Part shown: in pieces, positions 28,346 to 38,417 of the stretch
How the letters are laid out: every line of letters starts with the position of its first letter
Position numbering within the stretch: the first letter of the stretch is position 1
DNA from: Thermaerobacter marianensis
Lineage (GTDB): Bacteria; Bacillota; Sulfobacillia; DVGY01
Direction of reading: 5' to 3'
Assembly (NCBI GenBank): GCA_020724425.1
Contig: DYGY01000003.1
Location: 65,233-129,232, forward strand
Length of the DNA stretch: 64,000 nt
Made by a program: the position numbers and the translations under genes
The notes under the pieces: generated by a model
What the model was told of the DNA's origin: nothing
The model's database searches: none
The model's input: only the letters and a program-made list of their open reading frames with translations

Positions 28346-28784
28346 ATTCACGCATATCCATTCCCTTTTTGCTAATTGCTTGTAACTGCTCTGAACTAAA
28401 CATTTGCTTAGCCATCGGAAAAAGAATTTGATTCTCCTTCTGTATATGTGCTGAAAGAACCTGATCAATTGAGTGCAAAACATCAAGAACTTCACTCACA
28501 GCCTTACCTTCTGCTAAAGCAGCTGAGACCTCTTTATGATTCTTACGGAGATCCTCATGTTCCTGAATCATAACTTTCACAGGACCACCTTCTCCCATCA
28601 CTTCTATCATGGGAGGAAACAGCGCTTCCTCTTCCTGTCTGAAATGTTCGTCTAGAGCATGACTCAAAAACTTTAAGAAGTCTAGAACCCCATCACGGTT
28701 CCCATTCTTTATGTCTTCGCGTAACTCAGATAACCTCTGTAAAGCATCATCATGATCCTCATAGAATAACTGTAATAGATCCAT
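28344..28784 (-). CDS. Hemerythrin-like HHE cation-binding domain protein
   Basis: H..E / HF..EE..LFP / HIQKEN repeats typical of hemerythrin HHE domains. Confidence 0.7.
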   Translation of the reverse strand: MDLLQLFYEDHDDALQRLSELREDIKNGNRDGVLDFLKFLSHALDEHFRQEEEALFPPMIEVMGEGGPVKVMIQEHEDLRKNHKEVSAALAEGKAVSEVLDVLHSIDQVLSAHIQKENQILFPMAKQMFSSEQLQAISKKGMDMRE

Positions 28785-28842
28785 CCTCTCACCTACCTAT
28801 AATATTCTAAATCATATTATATCCACTATATTTAAATTACAT

Positions 28843-28858
28843 GGTGACTATAATCACA
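28843..28858. promoter_or_regulatory. Second CRP/FNR-type palindrome (GGTGActataaTCACA) in the divergent hemerythrin/PiT intergenic region
   Basis: One mismatch to TGTGA-N6-TCACA; overlaps a TATAAT hexamer. Confidence 0.45.
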
Positions 28859-28886
28859 CAGACAGCCCTTTCCCTCATATGGTATC

Positions 28887-29984
28887 ATGGCAGGTTTTCG
28901 GGGAAGGGGAATAGCAATGCTCTTCATACTTCTAGCTGTAGCACTATTCTTTGCTATGAATATTGGTGCTAGTGGGACAGCTGCATCAATGGGAGCAGCC
29001 TATGGTTCTCAATCTCTTTCTCGACGGATAGCCTTAATTCTAGTAGCCATAGCTGTATTTGCCGGAGCAACATTTGGTGGTTCCGAGGTAGTTAAGACTC
29101 TTAGCAAAGGACTCATTCCGGAAAACTCAGTAACTATTGAAATAGCTTTAATTATGCTTTTAGCTGCCACATCAACCCTCTTTATCGCTAACATCACAGG
29201 TATACCGTTATCAACCAGTGAAGTGACTGTAGGGTCAGTGGTTGGTGTAGGGATAGCACTAAAGTCCCTGCAAACAGGTAAACTATTTCTAATCCTTTCC
29301 ACCTGGATTCTTCTACCGATCACCGCATATCTCATAGCCTATGTCCTTGGCAAAATCGTTGAAAAACCCTTAAACCATCAACTTAAGACAAATGGCACTT
29401 ATCTAAAGCGTGTCCTAACTATCCTAGTAATCCTAGCTAGCACTTACGAAGCTTTTTCAGCAGGAATGAATAATGTGGCTAACGCCGTTAGCCCATTAGT
29501 AGCTGCCAACCTCATAGACACCTCGAGAGCAACCATACTAGGAGGAGCTTTTGTTGCTTTAGGAGCCATTGTTCTTGGAGGAAAAGTTCTTGAAACCAAT
29601 GCCAAGAAAATAACGAATATCTCCCTACCTGGTGGTATCATTGTATCCTTTACCAGTGGCACCCTCGTCCTCATTGCCTCGCTTTACGGTATACCTGTAC
29701 CCTTAACTCAAGCTACCACCTCAGCCATAATGGGTCTTGGCAAAGCCAACAACATAAATAGCAAACCCATAATCCATCGTATTATCTGGATCTGGATTGC
29801 CTCTCCTCTAGTCTCACTCTTCATCGCCTATACTCTCACCGTTCTCTATCTTGATGGCCCCTCCCTACTAGCCATCCTAAGAAGCATTCTTGCCTTTACT
29901 AGTGTCTATGTCTTCCTGCTCTTAACTCCTTCGCTCTTCCTACAACCACAAGAAATTTCTTTCAAACAATCACTTGACAGATAA
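28887..29984 (+). CDS. PiT-family inorganic ion (phosphate/sulfate) transporter
   Basis: Duplicated PHO4 halves: NIGASGTAASMGAAYGS and GMNNVANAVSPL. The likely start is M at 28917. Confidence 0.6.
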   Translation: MAGFRGRGIAMLFILLAVALFFAMNIGASGTAASMGAAYGSQSLSRRIALILVAIAVFAGATFGGSEVVKTLSKGLIPENSVTIEIALIMLLAATSTLFIANITGIPLSTSEVTVGSVVGVGIALKSLQTGKLFLILSTWILLPITAYLIAYVLGKIVEKPLNHQLKTNGTYLKRVLTILVILASTYEAFSAGMNNVANAVSPLVAANLIDTSRATILGGAFVALGAIVLGGKVLETNAKKITNISLPGGIIVSFTSGTLVLIASLYGIPVPLTQATTSAIMGLGKANNINSKPIIHRIIWIWIASPLVSLFIAYTLTVLYLDGPSLLAILRSILAFTSVYVFLLLTPSLFLQPQEISFKQSLDR

Positions 29985-30000
29985 ATGCTACCTGCTATAA
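29973..30000 (+). promoter_or_regulatory. Sigma-A promoter TTGACA-16-TATAAT for the rubrerythrin gene
   Basis: Exact consensus hexamers. The TATAAT lies in an AT-rich stretch weakly resembling a PerR/Fur 7-1-7 box. Confidence 0.55.
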
Positions 30001-30039
30001 TACTAATAAGAACTATTATTATTAAGGAGTGAGTACTTA

Positions 30040-30561
30040 ATGTGGTTATGCCAAACCTGTAATCATATTCATCTTGGGGAACAAGCACCAGAACGATGCC
30101 CGGTCTGTGGGGTAGACTCAAAACACTTTGATGAAATCAGAGAGGCACAAGATCTTAGTAACAGTCAAACCTTAGAAAATCTTAAGAAGGCCTTTGCTGG
30201 TGAATCACAAGCAAACAGAAGATATCTTGCTTTTGCCACCATTGCTGAAAAAGAAAACCTAACAGATGCAAAAGAGGCTTTCCTCAAGGCAGCTAACGAT
30301 GAAACAGCTCATGCTCATGCTCATCTCGCCTACCTTCTGTTAGGAACAAAAGAAAGCCATAACACCCTAGCTAACCTAGAAACAGCAATAGCCGGAGAAT
30401 CCTACGAGAACGATATCATGTACCCTGAATTTGCAGCTATTGCCGAAAAAGAAGGCTATCCCACCCTAGCAAGATACTTTCGTAGTGTTGCTAGACATGA
30501 GAAAGAACATGCCAAACGCTTCCAAACTATCTTAGATGAACTAAGGAGGAATGACTCGTGA
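30040..30561 (+). CDS. Reverse rubrerythrin (N-terminal rubredoxin-like Cys4 domain + ferritin-like diiron domain)
   Basis: CQTCNHIH...CPVCG N-terminal rubredoxin motif followed by ExxH diiron helices. Confidence 0.85.
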   Translation: MWLCQTCNHIHLGEQAPERCPVCGVDSKHFDEIREAQDLSNSQTLENLKKAFAGESQANRRYLAFATIAEKENLTDAKEAFLKAANDETAHAHAHLAYLLLGTKESHNTLANLETAIAGESYENDIMYPEFAAIAEKEGYPTLARYFRSVARHEKEHAKRFQTILDELRRNDS

Positions 30562-30881
30562 CAACCAACATCTTTGAACTAAAAACATTTCTTGAAGGCT
30601 CAGAACCTAACAAACTTAACCACCTTAAAACTGAACAACTAGGAGTTGACACATACTACTTCAAGCCAGGACAGACACTGCCATACCATAGACATGTCGA
30701 TAGTGACCAGGTTTTCTTAATCATACAAGGTGAAGGAGAATTCTCCTTAAAAGAAAACGATTCCGAAGAAACCATCAAAATATGGCCTGGAATGATTATA
30801 TTAGCCCCGGCTAATGTCTGGCATCAGTTAACCAACACCGGTAGGACAGAATTAATAGCAACTCAAGTTACCAAAGTATAG
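30558..30881 (+). CDS. Cupin-domain protein
   Basis: YHRHVDSDQVFLIIQGEGEF...WHQLTN cupin motifs. Confidence 0.6.
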   Translation: MTTNIFELKTFLEGSEPNKLNHLKTEQLGVDTYYFKPGQTLPYHRHVDSDQVFLIIQGEGEFSLKENDSEETIKIWPGMIILAPANVWHQLTNTGRTELIATQVTKV

Positions 30882-30942
30882 TCTGGTGGGAGGTAATCCT
30901 CCCGCTATACTATACCCTAAAGATTTAGGGTGTTTTAGGGTA

Positions 30943-31170
30943 TTAGGATTCATCGCTAGTCTTCCACTCAGACAAATTGATAATCTGCTCAAGATCAGAA
31001 TCCAGAGGAGATCCATTAACTGTTATACTAATCCTTGACTTACCTATCGTAATGCATTCCGTTGAAAGCTCACCCTTAATTAAGAGCAATGCAACTAAAA
31101 AATCAACGATTCTTGACTGGTCCATGCTAATCCCCCCACAAATCCTCCATAATTCATAATATTCCTTCAT
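30943..31170 (-). CDS. Hypothetical small protein
   Basis: ORF only. Confidence 0.3.
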   Translation of the reverse strand: MKEYYELWRICGGISMDQSRIVDFLVALLLIKGELSTECITIGKSRISITVNGSPLDSDLEQIINLSEWKTSDES

Positions 31171-31232
31171 TCCATTCTTTGCCTATACTAATCTAATCAA
31201 TACTTGCATAGTACCTAGGGGAGGGAGGACAT

Positions 31233-32354
31233 GTGTTCAAAAAACTTCTAGCGACCACATTAATCTTTTTTGTGATACTCCTCTTGATTGCCACTGAAGA
31301 GCCACAACCGGTTCAGACAGAGGTTGAACTTGTGCTATCGCCTCAGGAGAAACAAGATATCATAAGAAATAGTCAACCATCCTCACGGGCAACTCTTTTT
31401 GCAGCAGGTGATCTCTTGCTTTCAGAAGAACCAGGATACTGGATTAATCTTTATGGTCCTGCACACCCTTTTGAACCTCTTCAGGGGTATTTTCAAGAAG
31501 CTGATCTACGCTTTGCCAATCTAGAATGCGCTATTTCCAACAAAGGACTCCCTTTAGCTAACAAACCATATACCTTCCGGGCCTCTCAAGATAAAGTCGA
31601 AGCTATCCAATCCTTTGATATTCTTTCTGTAGCCAACAATCATACCCTAGACTTTGGAGAAGAAGCATTCCTAGAAACCCTTACCCTTCTAAAGGATAAC
31701 TCCATAGTTCCTATAGGTGGAGGAGCCAACTTAGAAGAAGCTCTCACTCCTGCAACCTTTACTATAAATGGTCTAACGATTGGTTTTCTTGCCTACACAG
31801 ATGTAAATGGTGTCCCCTTCATCTATCATCAATACTGGCAGGCCTTAGACAACAAACCTGGTACCCTAACACTTAAGGATTTGGATTTGCAGTATATAGA
31901 GAAGATAAAAAAAGAAGTGGATATCCTGGTAGTTTCCTTACACTGGGGTTTAGAATATGCTGAGTATCCAACAAAGAACCAACAGCAACTAGCTCACCAA
32001 CTTATTGACTCTGGGGTAAATCTTATCATTGGCCATCATCCACATATTCCTCAGGGAATCGAGATCTATAACGGGGGAGTTATCGCCTACAGCCTTGGAA
32101 ACTTTCTCTTTGGCACCCATAAGGTTACAGAAACAATTGCCCTGTTGGTTAGCTTTGACCCTTTAGGGGTATACCAGGTTAGAGTTCTCCCTCTAGGAAT
32201 CAAACAAGGGCAAGTCTACCCCCTCCCAGAAACAGAGGGACAGAAACTATTAAGCAAAATCCTCATGCTATCAGAGCCCTTTAATACCAAAGGTATCACA
32301 ATCAAAACTGAAGATTCCATTGAACTTATCTTGAATACTAAACAAACACCTTGA
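31233..32354 (+). CDS. CapA/PgsA-family metallophosphatase (poly-gamma-glutamate synthesis-like)
   Basis: Signal/TM segment, then LFAAGDLLL, RFANLECAIS, GHHPHIPQGIE calcineurin-like motifs. Confidence 0.7.
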   Translation: MFKKLLATTLIFFVILLLIATEEPQPVQTEVELVLSPQEKQDIIRNSQPSSRATLFAAGDLLLSEEPGYWINLYGPAHPFEPLQGYFQEADLRFANLECAISNKGLPLANKPYTFRASQDKVEAIQSFDILSVANNHTLDFGEEAFLETLTLLKDNSIVPIGGGANLEEALTPATFTINGLTIGFLAYTDVNGVPFIYHQYWQALDNKPGTLTLKDLDLQYIEKIKKEVDILVVSLHWGLEYAEYPTKNQQQLAHQLIDSGVNLIIGHHPHIPQGIEIYNGGVIAYSLGNFLFGTHKVTETIALLVSFDPLGVYQVRVLPLGIKQGQVYPLPETEGQKLLSKILMLSEPFNTKGITIKTEDSIELILNTKQTP

Positions 32355-32380
32355 GGCAGACTATGATGGAGGTGATTTAA

Positions 32381-33313
32381 ATGCCACATCGTATAGTCAT
32401 TATTGGTACAGGCCTAGTAGGAACAAGCCTGGCATTCGCTCTAACCATCCAGGGACAAGCATCAGAAATAGTCTTAATAGATAAAGACAAAGATAGAGCC
32501 AAAGGACATGCCATAGACCTAAACCATGGACTTCCCTTCGCTCAACCAATATCAATCCGTGCTGGAGACTATTCAGACTGTGCCCTAGCAGACATCATCG
32601 TTATAGCTGCTGGAGTAAATCAACAACCTGGAGAAACCCGACTATCCCTTTTACAGAGAAACGTGGATGTCTTTCAAGAAATCATCACAAAAACAATGCA
32701 GGAAAACTTTAAGGGCATATTCCTCATAGCCACAAACCCTGTTGACATCCTATCCTATGCCACCTATCGCCTATCAGGATTCCCTGCAACAAGAGTGATT
32801 GGTTCAGGGACAATACTCGATACAGCACGCTTTCGCTATCTCTTAGGCAAGAACTTAGATATTGATCCCCGTAGTATCCATGCAATGATCATTGGTGAAC
32901 ACGGTGATAGTGAGGTCCCTGTATTTAGCACAGCTAATGTCGCTGGTCTACCCATCAAGCAATTTAAAGATTTGCTCTCAGAAGCAACACTTAAAACCAT
33001 AGTTGATGATGTCCGTCTAGCAGCCTATGAAATTATAAAACTTAAAGGAGCCACTCATTTTGCCATAGCGCTTGGTCTTAGCCGAATCATAGAAAGCATA
33101 CTTAAAAATCAAAACTCAGTCCTAACCGTTTCCACCCTGCTTACAGACTATGCAGGCATATCCGATGTCTACCTTGGTATACCAGCTATCGTAAATCGAC
33201 AGGGTGTAGTTAGCATCATCGACCTACCTTTAGATAAAGAAGAGAGACAAGCACTTATCAACTCTGCCAATATACTGAAAGCACAAATTTCCTCCCTACA
33301 CTTAGACAAGTAG
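32381..33313 (+). CDS. ldh: L-lactate dehydrogenase
   Basis: IVIIGTGLVGTSLAFAL Rossmann fold; GEHGDSEVPV substrate loop; catalytic His/Arg context. Confidence 0.85.
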   Translation: MPHRIVIIGTGLVGTSLAFALTIQGQASEIVLIDKDKDRAKGHAIDLNHGLPFAQPISIRAGDYSDCALADIIVIAAGVNQQPGETRLSLLQRNVDVFQEIITKTMQENFKGIFLIATNPVDILSYATYRLSGFPATRVIGSGTILDTARFRYLLGKNLDIDPRSIHAMIIGEHGDSEVPVFSTANVAGLPIKQFKDLLSEATLKTIVDDVRLAAYEIIKLKGATHFAIALGLSRIIESILKNQNSVLTVSTLLTDYAGISDVYLGIPAIVNRQGVVSIIDLPLDKEERQALINSANILKAQISSLHLDK

Positions 33314-33359
33314 TGGTATAGTATAGAAGAGAATTTCTATAGCCTTAGGAGGAATACCA

Positions 33360-34121
33360 ATGCAATTCTTGCAACGCATTAAACATAGCATTATCAACTT
33401 TTCCTCATATAATGAGATAATAAACAACTCATGGAAACAATCCTTTAAATACTTCCTGGGATTACTATCCATTCTGTACCTTTTTACCATGACACCCATG
33501 ATAATCGAGTTTATGGGAGATGTAAAAATACTACGTCAGGCCGTAGTACAAATGCCGGAATTCACACTTGAGCAAGGAATATTTAAATCAGAAACAAATG
33601 AACCAACCTTTTATGACTTAGAGAAAGGCATACTAGTAATAGATGAGCAGGAATCAATCAACCGAGAAACACTTATACACTATGAAACATACGTAGTAAT
33701 TACCAAAAACTCCATGTATGTACTTAGCGAAGGCAACGAAAGACTGCTAGAATTCAAGGATTTTGCACATATTTCCCTAACAAAAGAAAGTCTTTCAAAT
33801 TATGCCTTCATGTTGTATCTAATAGGCTTAGGTATACTGCTTTTGGGTCTATTGGTTATCATCTTAGAAAAAATGTTCTTTAGTGTGATTTTAGCCTTAA
33901 TGGGAAGAATGATTAACCGCTTCTTCCGCCAGCAACATTCCTTCTTGCAGCTTTGGAATGTGGCATTCTATGCCTTAACTCTGCCACTAATTATAGATAC
34001 AGCCTATAGATTATGGTTCCCTACCTTCCCCTATTTTCATCTCATCTATTGGGGTACCGCCATATTCTACCTGTACTGGGCATTAGCAGAACTAAAAAAG
34101 AAAACCTCAGTAACTTCGTGA
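33360..34121 (+). CDS. Hypothetical membrane protein (DUF1189-like)
   Basis: Multiple TM helices; no catalytic motif. Confidence 0.4.
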   Translation: MQFLQRIKHSIINFSSYNEIINNSWKQSFKYFLGLLSILYLFTMTPMIIEFMGDVKILRQAVVQMPEFTLEQGIFKSETNEPTFYDLEKGILVIDEQESINRETLIHYETYVVITKNSMYVLSEGNERLLEFKDFAHISLTKESLSNYAFMLYLIGLGILLLGLLVIILEKMFFSVILALMGRMINRFFRQQHSFLQLWNVAFYALTLPLIIDTAYRLWFPTFPYFHLIYWGTAIFYLYWALAELKKKTSVTS

Positions 34122-34122
34122 A

Positions 34123-34150
34123 GAAAGGCCCTGCTCAGGGCCTTTCCTTT
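34123..34150. terminator. Bidirectional terminator
   Basis: AAAGGCCCTG-ct-CAGGGCCTTT. Confidence 0.7.
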
Positions 34151-35052
34151 CTCACTATCTTAATTAGTCTATATACTCCATAAAGAATGCCGCCAATAAT
34201 GGCTAACCATATCAATATCGGTACCAGAGCAAATATTCCTACAAGCATATTAGCAGTTAGACTTAGAAGATAGTTAGTTACCTTAACAAAGGTTGCTATA
34301 CCTCTTTCAATAATGCTACCAAAACCACTACCAGATATGGTCTGTGAAGCCAATTCTGTCTCGATAATACTGATATTAATGGTAGCATAATCAACTCGAT
34401 TAGTTAGATACCGTAATCTACCTTCGATAGAATCTATCTCAGAGCGAACTCTAGTTAGTTCTCTTTCAATCTGCATAATCTCTTCAATAGTATTTGCTTT
34501 ATCAAGGAGTGTTCTTAATCTATCTTCCTGAGCTCTAAGATTTGTAATCCTAGCTGTAAGGTCAATATACTCCTCAGTTACATCACTTTCGCTTTGATAA
34601 GAACTAGTTACAACTCCTAAAGATTTCAACTCGGCCATTACCCCATCAAACGTATCAAAAGGCACCCTGATAGTTAGATATGCAGTCCTCTTTGCTCTGT
34701 CATACTGAGCTATAGATGTACTGAGATTATTTATATATCCATTAGACTGCTTTGTAAGAATTACAATTGAATCTAAGACTCTATCTAGATCAGTCACTTC
34801 TAGATTGACACTGCCTGTATAAATAACCTTCCGATCAATTTCCTGCCAGGAAGCTGATTCTGTAGTGTAACTCATTTCTTTTGATGGCGCATCATATGCT
34901 CGTTCAGGCTCAGAACTAACAAATTTGGCATCACTCATAGTGTATTTACCCGGACTATCCAAGAGTGCCCCCAACACTAAAGCCACCAACAGAACACCAG
35001 CTAATACAAACAACCCTAGCTTCCTTTTAGAAAACCTGTTATGCAAATTCAC
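34135..35052 (-). CDS. DUF4349-like membrane-anchored coiled-coil protein
   Basis: N-terminal TM, central coiled coil, C-terminal TM. Confidence 0.45.
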   Translation of the reverse strand: MNLHNRFSKRKLGLFVLAGVLLVALVLGALLDSPGKYTMSDAKFVSSEPERAYDAPSKEMSYTTESASWQEIDRKVIYTGSVNLEVTDLDRVLDSIVILTKQSNGYINNLSTSIAQYDRAKRTAYLTIRVPFDTFDGVMAELKSLGVVTSSYQSESDVTEEYIDLTARITNLRAQEDRLRTLLDKANTIEEIMQIERELTRVRSEIDSIEGRLRYLTNRVDYATINISIIETELASQTISGSGFGSIIERGIATFVKVTNYLLSLTANMLVGIFALVPILIWLAIIGGILYGVYRLIKIVRKERP

Positions 35053-35107
35053 CTTACCTCCTCCTTCCTTACCTCATTAGACGCAAAGGTCCTAAAGAAG
35101 TTCCAAA

Positions 35108-35135
35108 AAAAATCCCCACCAAAGTGGGGACCCCT
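35108..35135 (-). terminator. Terminator of trpS
   Basis: GGTCCCCAC-tttg-GTGGGGA followed by U8 on the minus strand. Confidence 0.75.
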
Positions 35136-36134
35136 CTATAACCTAACTATACCAACCTTTTCTTTTACATCTTTCATTGTTTGCTCAGCAATAGCTCCTG
35201 CCTTTTCTGCTCCTTCTTTAAGTATATCTAGGAGATACTGAGGCTCTCTACTTAGTTCTTCATATCTTCCTTGTAAAGGTCTTAACCCCTCCACAACTAC
35301 CTCTGCTAGATCCTTCTTAAAGTCACCATAGCCTTTTCCAGCATATCTCTCCTGAATAGTGTCTAAGCTATCACCACTGAATCTTGAATATATGGTCATC
35401 AGATTACTAACTGCCGCCTTATTCTCTTCATCATAATAGACATCCCTACCAGAGTCAGTAACAGCACGCTTAATCTTTTTACGAATAACATCGGGACTAT
35501 CTAGCAACTCGATACGGTTAAGATCAGTATCAGCACTCTTGCTCATCTTCTTGCTAGCATCATCTAACCCCATAATCCTGCTACCTACACCTAAGATCTT
35601 AGGTTCTGGAACCTTAAATGTCTCCCCATAACGATGATTAAACCTCTGAGCAATATCCCTACTAAGCTCAAGATGTTGCTTCTGATCATCCCCTACAGGA
35701 ACAACATCAGTCTGATATAATAGAATATCAGCTGCCATTAAAACAGGATATGTAAATAGGGCACTGCTAACCGTCTCCTGATTAGTAGACTTCTCTTTAA
35801 ATTGAGTCATGCGATTAAGCTCACCAAAAGTAGCGATACAATTCAAGAACCAGGCAAGTTCAGCATGTGCACCCACGCTTGACTGGATAAAGACTGTCGC
35901 CTTTTTAGGATCAATACCGGATGCAAGATAGATACCTGCAGTCTTCAGGGTTGCTTCCCTTAAAACAACAGGGTCCTGTGGAACTGTCAAAGCATGCAAA
36001 TCTACGATACAGAAAAGACAATCCTCTTCCTGTTGCAACTCGGTAAATTGCTGAATTGCTCCTAGATAGTTACCGATATGGAGAGTCCCTGTAGGTTGAA
36101 CTCCAGAAAAAACTCTTCTACTCAATCTAACCAC
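35136..36134 (-). CDS. trpS: Tryptophanyl-tRNA synthetase
   Basis: Class I HIGH (TLHIGNYLG) and KMSKS motifs; 332 aa. Confidence 0.9.
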   Translation of the reverse strand: MVRLSRRVFSGVQPTGTLHIGNYLGAIQQFTELQQEEDCLFCIVDLHALTVPQDPVVLREATLKTAGIYLASGIDPKKATVFIQSSVGAHAELAWFLNCIATFGELNRMTQFKEKSTNQETVSSALFTYPVLMAADILLYQTDVVPVGDDQKQHLELSRDIAQRFNHRYGETFKVPEPKILGVGSRIMGLDDASKKMSKSADTDLNRIELLDSPDVIRKKIKRAVTDSGRDVYYDEENKAAVSNLMTIYSRFSGDSLDTIQERYAGKGYGDFKKDLAEVVVEGLRPLQGRYEELSREPQYLLDILKEGAEKAGAIAEQTMKDVKEKVGIVRL

Positions 36135-36202
36135 CTCTTAATCTTTTCTTAACACCATGTATCTTAGGATAATGGTAACATATAAACGAAAGGAGAATCA
36201 GT

Positions 36203-36649
36203 ATGCCATACAAGATATATTATATCTGTACCGGAAATTCCTGCAGAAGTCAAATGGCTGAAGGCTTCACCCGTTACCTGGGTAAAGACCTAGTAGAAGT
36301 ACGCAGTGCCGGATTAGAACCCTCTACAGTACATCCTAGAGCCATTAGCTCTATGCTGGAAAAAGGTATTGATATTAGCAATCACACCTCTGATTCCATT
36401 GATCAGGACTTCCTAGCTAGCGCCGATATAGCTATTACCCTTTGTGGAGACGCGCAGGAACGTTGCCCGGTAACACCACCAAGTGTACTCCGGTTACACT
36501 GGCCTCTAATCGACCCAGCGAAAGCAGAAGGAACAGAAGAAGAAATCATGGAAGTCTTCAGAACTGTTCGCGACCAAATCGAAGAGCTTGTTAAGACAGT
36601 TCTCTCTGATCTTTCTCATGGCTTCCTGGAAAAGCTGGACCAGCCTTAA
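36203..36649 (+). CDS. arsC: Arsenate reductase (thioredoxin-coupled, LMW-PTP family)
   Basis: [14 protein letters not shown]-loop, downstream Cys residues. Confidence 0.75.
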   Translation: MPYKIYYICTGNSCRSQMAEGFTRYLGKDLVEVRSAGLEPSTVHPRAISSMLEKGIDISNHTSDSIDQDFLASADIAITLCGDAQERCPVTPPSVLRLHWPLIDPAKAEGTEEEIMEVFRTVRDQIEELVKTVLSDLSHGFLEKLDQP

Positions 36650-37550
36650 GAATATGACCTGGAAGTTCTCTTCCTAGGATATCCTGCAGCTTTTTTGAAA
36701 CCTTAAGTAGTTCTGGTAAGTTAACACCGGTATGGATGCCCATCTCCTCTACCATATGCACAAGATCCTCTGTAGCTATATTACCTGTGGCTCCAGGAGC
36801 AAAAGGGCATCCCCCTATTCCACCCAAAGAAGAATCATAAACAGATACTCCAGCCTGCAAACCCGCCAGCACATTACTAAGACCCATGCCTCTAGTATCA
36901 TGAAAATGCAGACCCAAAGAGATCTCCGGGAAGTCAAGCCTTACCTGGCTAACACGTTCATAAACAGATCTTGGGTTTGCCATTCCAGTGGTATCAGCTA
37001 AAAACACCTCATGAACTCCTAGTTCCCAAGAAGTCTTTATAATCTCATACACCCACTCATAGGAAACCTCTCCTACAAACGGACAACCAAAGGCAGTACC
37101 GACAGTAACCTTTACCTTACAGTCCTTCTTCTTTTCAGCAATCTTTTCAAGTGCTAGCAAGGATTGCTTCCTAGTTTGCTTTACATTAGCTAGATTATGC
37201 TCATCACTAGCAGAAACCACAAAGATAACTTCATCCACATCTGTATCCTGAGCTCTAGCAAGACCCTTTTCATTAGGAACTAAAGCCTCATAACTAACTG
37301 AATCTTTTCTTTGAATACCCCTTAAAACCTGTTCAGCATCACTCAACTGAGGAACAAAATCAGGATGAACAAAAGAAGTCACCTCTATAGCCTGTAAACC
37401 AGTTAGGTTTAGACTATTAATGAGGTCAATCTTCTGATTTGTGGGAACAACAAACTTCTCTTGCTGTAATCCATCCCTCATTCCAACCTCTCTAATCAAA
37501 ATTGTCTTTGGCATATCAGCAGGATTCCAAAGTTGCATAAACGAATTCAC
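36591..37550 (-). CDS. HMG-CoA lyase-like (pyruvate carboxyltransferase/DRE-TIM) enzyme
   Basis: [10 protein letters not shown]..., [12 protein letters not shown] metal-binding motifs. The probable start is MPKTIL. The 3' end overlaps arsC by 59 nt. Confidence 0.7.
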   Translation of the reverse strand: MNSFMQLWNPADMPKTILIREVGMRDGLQQEKFVVPTNQKIDLINSLNLTGLQAIEVTSFVHPDFVPQLSDAEQVLRGIQRKDSVSYEALVPNEKGLARAQDTDVDEVIFVVSASDEHNLANVKQTRKQSLLALEKIAEKKKDCKVKVTVGTAFGCPFVGEVSYEWVYEIIKTSWELGVHEVFLADTTGMANPRSVYERVSQVRLDFPEISLGLHFHDTRGMGLSNVLAGLQAGVSVYDSSLGGIGGCPFAPGATGNIATEDLVHMVEEMGIHTGVNLPELLKVSKKLQDILGRELPGHILKAGPAFPGSHEKDQRELS

Positions 37551-37571
37551 TCCTCAAGAAGGGGGTCTATC

Positions 37572-38417
37572 ATGTATCCAGAAAAAACAGTGCCTGTAAA
37601 TGGTTTAACAATAGCATACCACGAAAATATCCCTCAAAGGGAGTCTGTCTCAATAATTATGATCCATGGTCTAGGAGGAGGAAAAAGCTACTGGCTAAGA
37701 AACTTCCCTCACTTTAAAGACTATCACGTCTTAGCCCTTGATTTACCCGGATCAGGAAATTCAGAACTCCCTGAAAACTATCATAACTGGAATCTAGAAA
37801 ACATAGCTTCCTTCATCATTGCTTTTCTAGATGTTCTTAAGATAAACAAAGCTATTCTAATAGGTAACTCTATGGGTGGAGGTATAGCCCTTAATACAGC
37901 TCTTCTCTACCCTGATAGAATTAAAGCTCTCATCTTAACAAGTCCTGCTGCCATCGGAAACAAACTGTCCTTAATGTTTAGAGTTCTTGCCATACCAACA
38001 TTAGGACCCTTTCTTCTTAACCTGGCTCCTCTTAACAATCAAGAATATGTCAAGAAGTCTCTAACACAAATGGTCACCAATCCTATCTGGGATCAAGAAC
38101 TAATCGATTATACTATCGAACTTACAAGCAAACCAACCTTTGCACCCTCACTTTTAGCAGCTTTACAGGGACGTAACATCACCTTAAAACAACAGAAGGA
38201 ATTTACATTAACAGAACAACTAAAAGATATTCTCACACCAACACTAGTAATCTGGGGAAAGGATGATAATATCCTCTCTGTTGAAAATTCCAGATACGTA
38301 AGCCAGATGCCCAATGCCCAGTTAGAAATCTGGGATAGTTGTGGACACCTGGCTCAATTAGAATATCCAGAAAAATTCTTTGAATCTTCTATACGCTTCC
38401 TATCTCAACATTTCTAA
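37572..38417 (+). CDS. Alpha/beta-hydrolase fold protein
   Basis: HGLGGG oxyanion region, GNSMGG nucleophile elbow. Confidence 0.7.
   Translation: MYPEKTVPVNGLTIAYHENIPQRESVSIIMIHGLGGGKSYWLRNFPHFKDYHVLALDLPGSGNSELPENYHNWNLENIASFIIAFLDVLKINKAILIGNSMGGGIALNTALLYPDRIKALILTSPAAIGNKLSLMFRVLAIPTLGPFLLNLAPLNNQEYVKKSLTQMVTNPIWDQELIDYTIELTSKPTFAPSLLAALQGRNITLKQQKEFTLTEQLKDILTPTLVIWGKDDNILSVENSRYVSQMPNAQLEIWDSCGHLAQLEYPEKFFESSIRFLSQHF

Noticed and set aside
36135-36202. T-box leader upstream of trpS
   Set aside because: The intergenic region is only ~68 bp and is occupied by the arsC promoter/RBS. There is no specifier/T-box sequence.
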